NCBI GenBank assembly: GCA_951406725.2
Contig: OX597816.1
Span: forward strand, 101,494,001-101,558,000
Length of the DNA: 64,000 nt
Direction of reading: 5' to 3'
DNA from: Octopus vulgaris
Taxonomy: Eukaryota
Shown here: positions 1 to 12,174 of the stretch, piece by piece
Numbering within the stretch: the first letter of the stretch is position 1
Layout: every line of letters starts with the position of its first letter
Program-made: the position numbers and the translations under genes
The notes under the pieces: generated by a model
Told to the model about the DNA's origin: nothing
Database searches by the model: none
What the model saw: only the letters and a program-made list of their open reading frames with translations

Positions 1-731
1 ACTTTTAAGGGCTTTCAAATCATTCCCTAGGTGGCATGACATCAGAAATGCAATGTAAAAGCACTTCATAAGTATTTATTGAGAATTCTTATTTTAGAGT
101 CAGCAGTAACTACTTACGGAAGTAAACAATGTAAATATTTTTTTAAGTTGTTGTAAGTACTGTAATTCATGATATTTTATAAGTAATTTATTGTTATTGT
201 ATAATGAATGTTAAACTTGATTGAATATGTTATTTTCGTTCGTGCACTTTACTAATGAAGTCAAATTTCTTTTATTATTGCCTGCCCCTCCACCCTTACC
301 CGTGAATCTGCGGTCCGGATAGAACGCGGTTGGTTTTCTTGGACCCTAGCACCCCCGTTATAAAGAGGTAACACTATAAAATAAACACACTTGTGTGTAT
401 GTGTATATTTTTGTGTATATGTAAGCATATATCTGGTCATATATACGTAGGTAGGTAGGTAAGTATGTAGGTAGGTAGATAGGAAAGTAGGTAGGTAAGT
501 CAGCCGCCACTCCTCACGTTTGTTTCTGTTCATCGTTCGTTTCAAGTCCAACATAGTTTGACTTTCCACCGGATCACAGCAGGATACGGAGGATATGGAG
601 GAAGAAAGCGCAGATGATGTTGAAACCTTATCATAAACACATCTGGCAGAGAAGTTAATAGATAAATCCGGAACTTGCTCCTGGTTTAGACGAACGGATC
701 TGACATCCTTCCGCATCGTCACGAGTGTGTA

Positions 732-735
<4 letters not shown>

Positions 736-773
<38 letters not shown>

Positions 774-798
774 AGAGAGAGAGAGAGTGTGTGTATGT

Positions 799-835
<37 letters not shown>

Positions 836-846
836 TGCGCGCGCGA
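736..846. repeat. Compound (GA)n/(GT)n microsatellite
   Basis: Directly visible dinucleotide tracts; source of the spurious ORFs 261..917 and 655..927. Confidence 0.95.
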
Positions 847-1119
847 GTGGTGGAGGTGTATGTGGGCGTTTGTGTGTGGAAATAGACCTTGACATCTATT
901 ATTAAGTTTTTGTTCACTTAGCGTCATCAGAGAGATGATGGTGATTTACCAGTGACCGCATTTTCTTGGAACCGGTGAGGTTATTGATATTTCTGCTGTT
1001 TACGTATGTTTGTTTTTGGTTTTGGTTTTTAATTTAGAACTTAGTGGAAAAGATCTTGTGCTTACAGTTGCGATTTTTATGTTATTTTTTTAGTTCCACA
1101 TTAACTGTGATCAAGTAGA

Positions 1120-1275
1120 TATATGCTGACAGACATCCCAACCGTAACCATTTTTATGTTCAGGGAACCTAGGGTTACACTATCCAATGTCTCCTGTTTT
1201 TTTTTAAGACAGTGTGATGTGATATTAGAGAGATGCTGCTGGTATTTCGAGCAGGCTGAGTGACCACATTCACTC
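1120..1275 (+). repeat. Unclassified interspersed repeat (core gagatttggctgctatttctagcaggtcgagtgaccac)
   Basis: Related copies at about 3750-3830, 9790-9875, 19790-19975, 19990-20240, 28335-28500 (+), 28550-28740 (-), 60205-60250 (-), 61125-61290 (+). Confidence 0.7.
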
Positions 1276-1379
1276 GGTCAATAAAACTGAGCATACTCTT
1301 GACCAAAAATATATGGTCATGTGATTATATCAGAAATGTTTAACTGAAATGCCTGTACACACAAACATTAGAAAGAACC

Positions 1380-2640
1380 TATTAGAAATAGCACTTAAAT
1401 TCACCTCAAAGCACACCGGTAGCTCTCAAACACCCTGTAAGTCTCATTCAGGATCGCTAGATCAATTTCCGACAGTTGGAGAGGGTGGAGATGTCGGCAT
1501 GTTACATGGATTGGCCCACTCTTCTTCCTTAACGTTAAAACAAATATCCCCAGGTTTTTCCTCCAGATTCTCGGTAGGATCTTTGCCCCACAGCACAGCT
1601 ATCAAAGTATTTTAATTAGTAATACAAAGTTTACCCGACTCCACAAGATCCAACGTGGCCACCCTTACAGCAGTTTCTAAAAGGAGCAAGTTTCCGAGAT
1701 ACAATCCTGATATAGCCAGTAAAAAGGGGCAGATGATTCTTGTGGTGCCCCTAGAGCCGATACCTCTCGCAAGCCAAAACTGTAAAATCCGCTATGTAGA
1801 AGATCATGGCGTTGGGATTAACTGCAAAACTGAAGATTTGCTACCCGATGATGCGCTAACCAGACTAACCCCTACCCAGTGCTATACGAATAGAATGATA
1901 GTTGGACTCTCGATCTGCAGTTTTCCACTCCTGAGTTGTAACTTTAAGACTCTCGTGGAATTCCCCCTAGCCAGTCACTGTGTTCAACTTGATGCTGTAT
2001 ATAATGCATGATGGAGACTGGTAAAAGTTGCAGACTTTACATGGGGGCCATTGTAAAGCAGCGCACTATCATGCATAAATGTATCTTCTCCAACCCGAAG
2101 CTTAGGTTCTCTATTTCCCTAGCGGAACATGTCCATAATCTATCGATCGGTAATGTAAACTATAGTTTAAAATTGTCGCTGATGAAGAAATCCTGGACCT
2201 ATAAAGAAAGGAGACGAACCAAGAAATTATATTAACCAATAGTAACTGCTTACTTAATAAACAGAATGAAATGCGAGTGCTCATAAGAAATTTCGGACCT
2301 TCCGACACTGCCAAGTGGATTCAAGCAGCAACTACGTTTAGACAGGCAAGTCTTCGGCTCTTGCTCAGCGTCCCATAGTAACATTTCTCCCATTAGGATC
2401 TCGTGTTTTTGCTCAATCTGACTGTTGTAAGGTGTCATTTATCCTATACTGGAATATCACATTTGTCTTTTATCGTTTTTTCACCTCTGTCGTCCTATCT
2501 AAGTGTATGTGTCCAGTCGCTTTGCCTATCCCTGAGATCTCTGAGCGAAATTTCATTCATTGCACCGACATCATCACGCACTTGCACATAATATGGATCT
2601 CCTAATACTCTGTCCTAAACTTTGTCTTCTTAACATGTCT
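1380..2640 (-). mobile_element. Possible highly degraded non-LTR retrotransposon remnant (RTE-like)
   Basis: Minus-strand 2498-2595 reads VQVRDDVGAMNEISLRDLRDRQSDW, resembling the RTE ORF2 C-terminal DRxxW motif; the rest is too decayed to confirm. Confidence 0.25.
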
Positions 2641-2811
2641 TGAACTTCTCGATTTATTTATCTGTGTTTATTCTGCGAACGATTTGTTACAGAGGTTAGA
2701 GTTTATGTAATCTTTTACTTTACCCTGCCGAACAGCGCATTCAACCTAGCAGAGTTATTATCATTATTGTTGTTATTCTTATTATTCTTCTTCTTATTAT
2801 TATTATTATTC

Positions 2812-3740
2812 TTTTGTTATTCTCATCATTTACTGATTCTTGTGGATTTTCATTCCTTGCAGAGCCGGGATCCAATCAATGGTTCTAGGAGTTCAAATGG
2901 TGCATTGTTACTATTTAATGGAAAGCACCTTTCTGAGTATCTAGGCTGTTCCCAAGATGCTTTGAAGGTCATGGATGTCAATGTTACCAGGCAGTTTACG
3001 GGGGAATTTGTTCATTCCTTTTTCACTATCCCTATGGCACCGATAACAATAGGTATTACTTCAGAGTTCATCGTCCACAGCTGGTTTAGTTCAATCTTGA
3101 ATAGTTTTGATTATTTTTCCGTGACTTTTGTGGATGTATTCCTCTCTGGTGGTATTACCACGTCTGTTATCAGGCATTTCTTTCTCTTTCTGTCCTTGAT
3201 AATAATGTCCGGACGGTTTACTATTTCTCGGTCTGTATGACTACGCATATTCCATAATATGGTTGCTGTCTCATTTTCCATGACTGTTGACGGTTGATGT
3301 TCATACTGTTTCTTGGTGGCCTTGATGTTATGCTCTTTGCCGGCCTTCCAGAGGATGTATGATACTTCCAACTTTTGCAACATTAGATGTATACTATCTT
3401 AGCAAGTCCTGGACAAGCAGAGACAAAGTGGCCAATTGCTTCTTTGAACTTGCTACATATCCCGCATTGGGTTGGGAGCCGTTTTTATTATTCTATGTTG
3501 GTACAACTTTCTTCAAAGCTTGATCTAGTACAGCAAGGATGAGACCTGTTTCTGTTTTAAGGCCAGCTCCTCTGAGTCAGTGGCGTGTCCTATGCAAGTC
3601 CACGTCAGCGTCCTTTATTCTTTCTGCGTATTTTCTGTGCATTGCCTTTTTTCTCCTATTTTGCACTTGTTTCTGTGCTTGATTTTTAGCTGCCTTTTTT
3701 TTATTCTTCAATCATAGATGGTACACTTTCCAGTGCATAC
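2812..3740 (-). mobile_element. Dong/R4-clade non-LTR retrotransposon, 3' fragment with CCHC knuckle and restriction-like endonuclease
   Basis: Minus-strand motifs GLKTETG-LILAVLDQAL, CGICSKFKEAIGHFVSACPGLA, ILWNM..TDREIVNRPDIIIKD..CLITDVVIP..EK and VIGAIG; ends at a (TAA)n tract 2755-2812. Confidence 0.85.
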
Positions 3741-5084
3741 TTCTTTTAATGATAATATAGTGTGATCTGAGGGGGGAATTTAGCTGTTGTTTCTAGCGAG
3801 TCGAGCAATCATGTAATGAGTTCCCGTTGGCATGCGAGGCTCTCTTTTGATGGGGTAGATGTATCAGCGGTGGTAATGGTTGTGGTGATGCTGACGATGG
3901 TGGTTCTAGTGGTGCCAGTTTTGGTACTGGTGTTGGTGTTAATTTTTGTTGTTGTTTTTTTTTGCTGTGTTAATGATGATGATAGTGGCGCAGCTGCTAT
4001 CAGACGGGTGGTGGTTGGGGTGTAAATGATATGAGAGATTGTGGTGTGAAAATATTAAGAAAAGAAAATAAAAACAAACGAAAGAATGCAAGAAAAAACA
4101 CAATATGAAATAGAAGAAGAAAAACAGAAAAAACACATCTTGCCATTAAACAGCCAAAATGGCTGTGTAATGGCAAAATTTCAAGTGATGAAAGAGAACT
4201 TAGTCCTACTGACCCAGGCTGGTCCAAAACAGACTTCACTAATTAACGGCTTTGTTGAGAAACAGTGCTGATGCCCAACTTACCCTAACTGCACCTAATT
4301 ATCTACCTTGACCTACCTCTTCTTTAGTTTAGCCTCACTACCTGGCATGATGATACACTTAGGAAACTAGTTCCTCTGTTTAATGTCTGCAAAATAGGCG
4401 CAACGCCATGTCTATTTTTTGTTTCGTCTTTTTTTCTTTTTTAATTGAATGGTTGTGGTTGTTGACACCTTTCACTTGCAGCATATCTTCATATTCTGGC
4501 GTATAATGTTTTTCTTTTTATCAAAGAAACCTAAATAAGCAGCTAAAGGAATGCTTTATATGGTGAGTGGGGAAATTAGCAGAAATTTAAGGCGATCAAT
4601 TGGCCGAATCATTATAGCGTCAGATAGAACGCGATGCAAAAATTTTCCGCTCCCTAAGTTCAATTCTCGTTGGCATTTACTTTGCCCTTCATCCTTTCGG
4701 GTTTGGTAAATAAACTGTCTGCTTTTGGACGCAACATCCTCTCGTTCCAGCAATCAGATCCTGAACATTCTACTTAGCCAAGCGTAGAAGTACGAAGAGG
4801 ACGCCTGAGTTCGCTCGACACTGCATGGACATCCAAAGTCATTAGCAAAGATATCGGTGCATGATGGTACTAATGCATCTTTGTTTGTGGGCGACAGGTG
4901 TTAGGTTTGATGTCAGGAATTTGATATCCATACATACACATGCGCGCAGGTCTGCGGGTGCGTATGTGTATTTATGGACATGCGCGCCTAGGCGAATACT
5001 ATGAACATTTTTACTCCCTTTCTTTTACTCCCTCCACTTACTTAGCGGTCATTCTAATAGCACTTTTGTCTTAATAACGGTCAA

Positions 5085-5172
5085 TCACACAGTAATTTCC
5101 CTTGTTTAACGGTTATTTTCATAGCATTTTTTTCGATGACCCGATGACTGAAGAGATGCCGGCGTAGGTCTA
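5085..5172 (+). mobile_element. Penelope-like terminal-repeat fragment with 5' half of a hammerhead (CTGAAGA 5148-5154), truncated by microsatellite
   Basis: Similar to 42720-42795. Confidence 0.6.
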
Positions 5173-5174
5173 TG

Positions 5175-5208
<34 letters not shown>

Positions 5209-5384
5209 TGTATATGTGTGTGTGTGTGTGTGTATGTGTGTGTGTGTGTGCGTGTGTGTGTGTGTATGACGGGTTCTCCCGTCGAAGACAACGAATGAGC
5301 GTTAAGCTTTTTACCGAGCGACCTGCACAAATGATTTATTTATAGTGAGCAAATGTATATGCTATACATTTGCTCGCTCTATCC

Positions 5385-5563
5385 TTCAAACTGACGTTTC
5401 CTGAACAGGTGCACTGTGTACCACGAGTCAGAGGCCAAAGTAATCGCAGAGCAGCGTGAGATGAAGTGTTTTGCTCAAGAACACCACGCACCACTCGGAC
5501 TAGCATTTGAAACCACGATCCCACGATCGCGAATGCAACACCCTAACCACTAGGTCATGCGCC
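5385..5563 (-). mobile_element. tRNA-derived SINE (family D, CORE-like)
   Basis: Reverse strand has A-box tgacctagtggttag, a B-box-like gtttcaaatgc and tgttcttgagcaaaacact; related copies at 9640-9772 (-) and 10779-11010 (+). Confidence 0.7.
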
Positions 5564-5580
5564 CTCACACTCACACACAC

Positions 5581-5677
<97 letters not shown>

Positions 5678-5679
5678 AG

Positions 5680-5862
5680 TATTCACGAAAAAACGAAAGA
5701 CGAAGATAGGTGGTGTAGACAACAAACATGTATTAGTATAACGCTCGGGAAGTGAAAAAGTTATTAACGTTTCGAGCCTACGCTCTTCCACAGAAAGGAA
5801 CACAAAAAGAAACAAGGAGAGAAAATAAAAAATGTGTAGTGGCTAGCGATCTATCATGGCGA
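5680..5862 (-). mobile_element. Solo PLE-type terminal repeat with hammerhead-like motif
   Basis: Minus 5797-5763: CTGTGGA A GAGC-GTAG-GCTC GAAA CG TT; second copy at 50120-50265; flanked by microsatellites. Confidence 0.6.
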
Positions 5863-5928
5863 ATATATATACATACATACATACATGCATGCATACCTAC
5901 ATACATACATACATACATATATATACAT

Positions 5929-5970
<42 letters not shown>

Positions 5971-6295
5971 TCTGCACTCATATGACTCAATTATTATTCA
6001 GTTATTTCATTTTACGTTCTGTGTTCCAATCTCGTTGGGGCTGAATTTATCTTTCCTCCTTCCGGTGTCAATAAAGTCATTACTAGTAGACGATTAAATC
6101 GACTTACCCCCACCCACCACACACACACACACACACAGATACACTCCCCATCCCTCCCCTCCCTCTCAAAATTGTGGCTTTGTGCCAAAGTTAGAAACCA
6201 TTATTATTATTTTAGACCTGTTGCACAGGATTTCCTTTCACACTTAAGCTCGACCTAAAATATTATCTGCTTTGACAGTAATGATGATAATAATG

Positions 6296-6380
<85 letters not shown>

Positions 6381-6530
6381 CTGCAGTAGTCATAATGATG
6401 ATTATAATGATAATGATGAAGAAGAAGAAGAAGAAGAAGAAGAAGAAGAAGAAGAAGAAGAAGAAGAAGAAGAAGAAGAAGAAGAAGAAGAAGAAGAAGA
6501 AGAAGAAGAAGAAGAAGAAGAAGAAGAAGG
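6296..6530. repeat. (TAG)n and (GAA)n trinucleotide tracts
   Basis: Directly visible. Confidence 0.97.
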
Positions 6531-6599
6531 AGAAGCTGCTTTACAAAGCTAGCAGAGGCCAGTTGGATCCGTACGAATTTTCCCTCAAGACATCCTGAT

Positions 6600-7070
6600 G
6601 ACACTTGGGATAGAGAAATGCGCTGTTATTGAACTGAAGAGAGGACGAAAAGTAAACAGCAGTAGAGTACAACTTGCAGATGGGAGAAGTGAACGGAGAG
6701 GGTTACAAGCATATTGGTGTTTTACAACTAAGCCAGATATTGAACACCAACATGAAGGAGAAAATTTCTTCTGAATATACCAGAAGAGTTAAAAAGCCAT
6801 GTAGGTCTTAACTACATGGAGGGAATCTGATTAAAGGCACCAGCACGTGGGCTCTAGGTGTTTTACGTCACTACACTGGAGTTGTGGAATGGACAAAAGA
6901 AGAACTTTTTAACATGGATACAAATACTTGGGTAACGGTTAATCACGGGCCCCTTCTTAATAGAAGTAACGTAGCAGGCTTTACTTGCCTAAGAAGGAAG
7001 GTCAAAGAGAACTGGTTGGAATAGAGGGTAGCGTTGTAAAGGAGATACAAGATAGAGCCATTATTTGAAG
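6600..7070 (+). mobile_element. Dong/R4-clade RT fragment
   Basis: Reads LGIEKCAVIELKRG..YKHIGVLQ..MKEKISSEYTRRVK..LHGGNLIKGTSTWALGVLRHYTGVVEWTKEEL, the typical post-RT segment; degraded. Confidence 0.8.
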
Positions 7071-7089
7071 AAGACGGTTCGCTAACTGC

Positions 7090-9130
7090 GGCCCCAAGAG
7101 GATAAGTGAAGTGCTAAATAAACAGTTCCAGGGTGTCTTCATCTCTCCACTGGAAAACATGCAATAAGCGAACCTAAAGAGTTTTTTCTACACTGCATAC
7201 CTACTCTCTCTCTGAAGCACTCCGTCGGTTACGACGACGAGGGTTCCGGTTGATCCGATCAACGGAACAGCCTGCTCGTGAAATTAACGTGTAAGTGGCT
7301 GAGCACTCCACAGACACGTGTACCCTTAACGTAGTTCTCGGGGATATTCAGCGTGACACAGAGAGTGACAAGGCCGGCCCTTTGAAATACAGGTACAACA
7401 GAAACAGGAAGTAAGAATGAGAGAAAGTTGTGGTGAAAGAGTACAGCAGGGATCACCACCATCCCTGCCGGAGCCTCGTGAAGCTTTAGGTGTTTTCGCT
7501 CAATAAACACTCACAACGCCCGGTCTGGAAATCGAAACCGCGATCCTACGACCGCGAGTCCGCTGCCCTAACCACTGGGCCATTGCGCTTCCACACTGCA
7601 TACCTACACATAAAAGAGGAAGGTGTAATATCAGCTATTGGTGAGAAAAGCTCAAACTCAGCAACGGGCCCGGATGCATTTCAGGCTATTCTCCTAAAAA
7701 GTGCAAGAAAACACTTGCAAAACCACTACAGATAGTTTTTCGGGGTTTCCTTGCATGTGGGAAACTTCCCAAACTGTTAAAGGAGGTCTCATATGCACTG
7801 TACATAGAAGAGGCAGCAGAGAAGATGCTAAAAATTACAGGCCTATCTCTCTGACTTCACATGTTAGCAAGGTTATGGAATACATTGTCAGAAAGAGATT
7901 GATCACGTTCCTGATAGAGAATAACTTGCTCGCAAACACATGGTTTCCTCCCAAGAAGGAGCTGCTTCACACAGCTACCACAACATTATGACTGGGTACT
8001 GAAACAGCAACTCAACTACTCAAATGTGGGTGTGATATATCTTGACTTTTCTAATGCCTGCGACAAAGTCGATCATGGGATGATATGTTACAAACTACGT
8101 GACCGTGATATCACTGGAAAACTAGGAGACTTTTTAAAAGACATAAATCAGAGAGTTGCAGCCAATGGTGCTCTCTCCGAGGAGACATCAATCCGCAGCG
8201 GAATTTCTTAAGGAACTGTACTAGGATCACTACTGTTTGTGATGGCCCTCTCAGACATTCCCTCAGTCGTAGTCAACCTCTCTCACCAGCTACGCAGATG
8301 ACGCAGAAGTATCACAGGCGGTCAAGGACCCTGATAACATAGTAAAACTACAAAACGACCCGCACGTAATATATAAGTGGACTGAGAAAAATAGCATGCA
8401 GTTCAGTACTGATAAATTTTAAGTACTTCGCTTTCGGTCCACAGACATACTAAAGTCGGAATACATAGAACTAAGGAGTTGTGCAATCCCAGCTTTAGAA
8501 TCTGTGCGTGACCTGGGAATCTACATGAATAATGATACAACATTCCATGTTCATATTACCAAGATGGCAACGTTGTGCAAACGAGTAGCTGGATGGATGC
8601 TTAGATCATTCAGAGTCTGAAATAAGGATACTTTTTGTTCTGTCGTTTGGAGTACTGCTCCCGACTGTGCTCATCGCAGAGCTTCAAACTGGTGGCGGAA
8701 CTTGAAACAATCCAGCGTCACTCCACAAAGAGGATTGACTCGGGGACGCAGATGGGATACTAGGAAAAACGAAAAGACCTGATTCCCTCTCTAGAAAGAA
8801 ATGCAGTGATGTACATATGGAAAATCCTGAAAGGTCTAGCTCCCAACTTTGGAATTAAAATCTATGCCAACCACAGATCCGGACGTCACTGCATAATACC
8901 AAAGATCCAGTCTTCTCCATATCGAATAAGGAGCCAATACTTCAACAGCTAATGTGTCAGGGGACCACAACTGTTTAACAGCCTGTCAAACAACCTCAGA
9001 GATTTACGATGTGTAGATGTGGAGACCTTCAAAATTTCAAATTTTCATCTGGAATCCCAAATGAACCCACATTGAGGCATGAGGCAGAAAGATGAGCGGC
9101 TCCGTCCACCCGCTTCTTCATCAAAAGCAG
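7090..9130 (+). mobile_element. Degraded CR1/L2-group LINE ORF2 (RT), interrupted by a SINE
   Basis: Motifs SATGPD, NYRPISLTSHVSKVME, IYLDFSNACDKVDHG, SGIS*GTVLGSLLF, SYADDA, VRDLGI; several stops and frameshifts. Confidence 0.9.
7205..7592 (-). mobile_element. Full-length tRNA-derived SINE (family C head) with 15-bp target-site duplication
   Basis: A-box TGGCCCAGTGG, B-box GGTTTCGATTTC; TSD ACACTGCATACCTAC at 7190-7204 and 7593-7607. Confidence 0.92.
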
Positions 9131-9237
9131 TACAGAAGCGAAGCCCAAATACACTGAAAGGCGAGACACCAACATGACCCCAGCCTTTGGGTGAAACCAG
9201 TAAAAGATAGAATGAATGAATAGATAGATAGATAGAG

Positions 9238-9286
<49 letters not shown>

Positions 9287-9312
9287 CATACATACATACA
9301 TACATACATACA

Positions 9313-9343
<31 letters not shown>

Positions 9344-9354
9344 GAGCATACACG

Positions 9355-9590
9355 TGCAAAACAAGGTGGAGAAAGTAGTACTCGAATACCGATGGTAGAG
9401 TAAAGTATTATTTTATTACGGCTGAAAACATCTTCACAAACTGTTACTCAGTTTGACGTCCCCACTCATCAGACAGCTGTGAGAATTCAGAATAATCAGA
9501 ATTGTTTAGAATTGTTCAGAATTGTTCAGAATTGTCACAACTATCTGATGAAAGGTTATGTGAAACTCTGAGTAACAGTTTGTGAAGTTT
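9355..9590. mobile_element. Foldback PLE terminal-repeat element with hammerhead motifs on both arms
   Basis: Inverted arms about 9430-9483 and 9535-9590; + arm CTGATGA (9545)..GAAA CTCTGAG TA; same family as 42975-43320. Confidence 0.75.
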
Positions 9591-10028
9591 TTTGTTTGTT
9601 TTTTTTTTCTGAATGGAAACGTCGGTTTGTCGCAAGGTTACTTATTCAAGGCTGAGTAGTCTGAAGCAAAGTGAAAAGAAGTGTTTTGCCCAAGAACACA
9701 AAGCATTGCGGCCTAGGAATCGAAACCACTATCACAAATGCGACACCCTAACCACTAAATATCACGCTCTCACTTACAAAATAGATCTCCTTGAATTTTT
9801 ATTTGAAGATGGTGTGGTGTAATTTGAGAGAGATTTGACTGCTGTTTCTGGCAAGTCAGGAGGCCACATAAACATATTGCTTTTGATAGTGTTCCTATTA
9901 ATACAGAGTAGTCATATTGGTGAATGGGATGAAGAGTCCTAGTTTCAATTTCTAATCAAGAATTATATCATCTGTTGAGAACAGAAATTCTTTTGATAAA
10001 GTGATGAATGCCACTACTTCATATATTC

Positions 10029-10097
<69 letters not shown>

Positions 10098-10778
10098 CTC
10101 AATCTATCTATCTCGTTTTCTATCTATCAATCTCTGTCACTGTCTGTTATTCCCTCTTTCATTTACCGCTGGTATCGATGTCTGGCTATCTGAAGGTATT
10201 CTTATCAATGTCTAATACTACGATACTCAAGTAACTCTACCCATTGTGGAGTATTGATTAATAGTATTAAATTAAACCACCACCACTACCAAGACCACAA
10301 TCACCACCTCAATCACCACCATCGCTGCCGTCACAACTATTCGTGTATGAATGTCAGCACTGCCTCCAATTAGAACCGTCATGACGTCATCATGCTACCT
10401 GTGGGGTTACATATGTGTCGGATATGCTGGTGTAGATGGTGATGGTGGTGGTATGTTTGTTAATGAAATATATGGAAAGTCTCTTCGGCACAAAGCCAGT
10501 CTGACTTGTCCTACACTAGAGTTAGCTGTGTGTGGGGGGAGGCGTGTGTATGGGTGTGTGTCTGTGTCTGAGTGTGCGTGTGCGCGTGTGCGTCTGTATG
10601 GGGCGCATTTATAAATGAAAGATATAATGCAAATAGTGTAGGTAGGTGAATGGTGGTGGTGAGTGGTGAGTGGGAGAGAGTATGGATATGTATGGTTTTT
10701 GTGATGGTGTCGTGTGGTATTATGTATACACAGATACATATAGGCATATATATATATATATATATACACACTTCAATG

Positions 10779-11010
10779 AAGGCGCATAGCTTAGTGGTTA
10801 GAGCGTCGTGCTCACAATCATGAAGCTGTGAGTTCGATTCCCAGACCGGGCTGTGTGTTGTTTTCTTGGGAAAGACACTTTATTTCACGTTGCTCCAGTT
10901 CACTCAGCAGTAGAAATGAGTTGCGACGTCATTGGTGCCAAGCTGGATCGATGACGTGGAGAGAGGAGGCTTATATGCATGGCCGACTGTTGCTCTTCCA
11001 TAAGCAATCT
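10779..11010 (+). mobile_element. tRNA-derived SINE (family D, CORE-like)
   Basis: A-box tagcttagtggttag, B-box gagttcgattcc, body ttcttgggaaagacactttatttcacgttgctccagttcactcagc. Confidence 0.8.
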
Positions 11011-11403
11011 TGCCTGGATCCAATATACGTATGGTCCATAGAAATCAAAGAGATGATACCGGGGGAAAAAACCAAATGTTCTGTAATGAACTTAATTAGC
11101 TAACCGCTGTTTCTGCTATATTATGTGTTAGACTCTTAGTTGTGTACCAGGATAACATCCAATAGCTTCATCAGAGTCTTGACTATGAAGCTAACTTTAT
11201 TTCAGAAAGTTACGTTTTCAGAACATACAGGCGTTATGAGTAAAAAAGTATATGTTGGTGGTTATGGAAAGTGCTATCCCAAGGTAGAAGGATGTATGCA
11301 AATATACGCATGCTCTTAGGGTATAATTAAAAGGGAGATATATAGGTAGACGCGTACACTCGTTCGTATGCATATATATAGGCATATGCATGTATACACA
11401 CGC

Positions 11404-11405
<2 letters not shown>

Positions 11406-11434
<29 letters not shown>

Positions 11435-11484
11435 CATACATACATACATACATACATGCATGCATGCATACATACATACATACA

Positions 11485-11517
<33 letters not shown>

Positions 11518-11637
11518 GCATAATACATACATACATACATACATACATACATACATACATGCATAATACATACATACATACATACATACATACATACATA
11601 CATACATACATACATACATACATACATACATACATAC
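11406..11637. repeat. (TACA)n microsatellite
   Basis: Directly visible. Confidence 0.97.
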
Positions 11638-11659
11638 GAGTTAGGGAATGAAGCACATA

Positions 11660-11760
11660 AGATCCGGGCTACATACGTTTCATAGCGAGTGGAACCTCGG
11701 AAGTGGTAAACAGCCAAGTGCGGTGTATACAGCAGGCTACTCATCAGGCCAACGGTATCT
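11660..11760 (-). ncRNA. Type I hammerhead ribozyme with extended stem II (PLE terminal-repeat associated)
   Basis: Minus strand AGAUACCGUUGGC CUGAUGA GUAGC-(about 49 nt)-GCUAU GAAA CGUAUG UA/ GCCCGGAUCU; canonical core and pairing in stems I, II and III. Confidence 0.8.
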
Positions 11761-12072
11761 AATGAGTTTTTACACCAACTTATTTTATGTAGCCTGACTC
11801 TTATATTTTCCATTCCTTGACTCTTATATTCTTATTTACATACTATAAAATATATAATCTATAACCTTCCGCCTCAATAAACCACTATTGTTACTGAAAG
11901 TTGTCTTTTATATTTACTACGGACTACTTAAAACTAACTTTCTTCCTGCACCTCGATCATTGGATCTTACTCTTATATATCTATCTATCTGTTATATTTG
12001 ACAAATAAAAAAACGCACTTTATATTCGTTCTTCACTCGTTTATTACTGTTCTTATTCTAACCTATGTCCAT

Positions 12073-12113
12073 TGTCCGGAAATCTTTCGTCACACGCGAC
12101 CTCCTCAGCGACA
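12073..12113 (-). ncRNA. Minimal type I hammerhead motif
   Basis: UGUCG CUGAGGA G GUCG-CGUG-UGAC GAAA GAUU UC/ CGGACA. Confidence 0.6.
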
Positions 12114-12174
12114 CTTTCCGTCTTCGTGTGTGCTCTTGCACCGCTTATTCCATTAAGGAATGGAATAGATAAGA

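Noticed and set aside
7500-7592. tRNA genes at SINE heads (also 10779, 54770, 62950, 63770)
   Set aside because: A/B boxes continue into SINE bodies, with TSDs in two cases, and no complete cloverleaf was recognised
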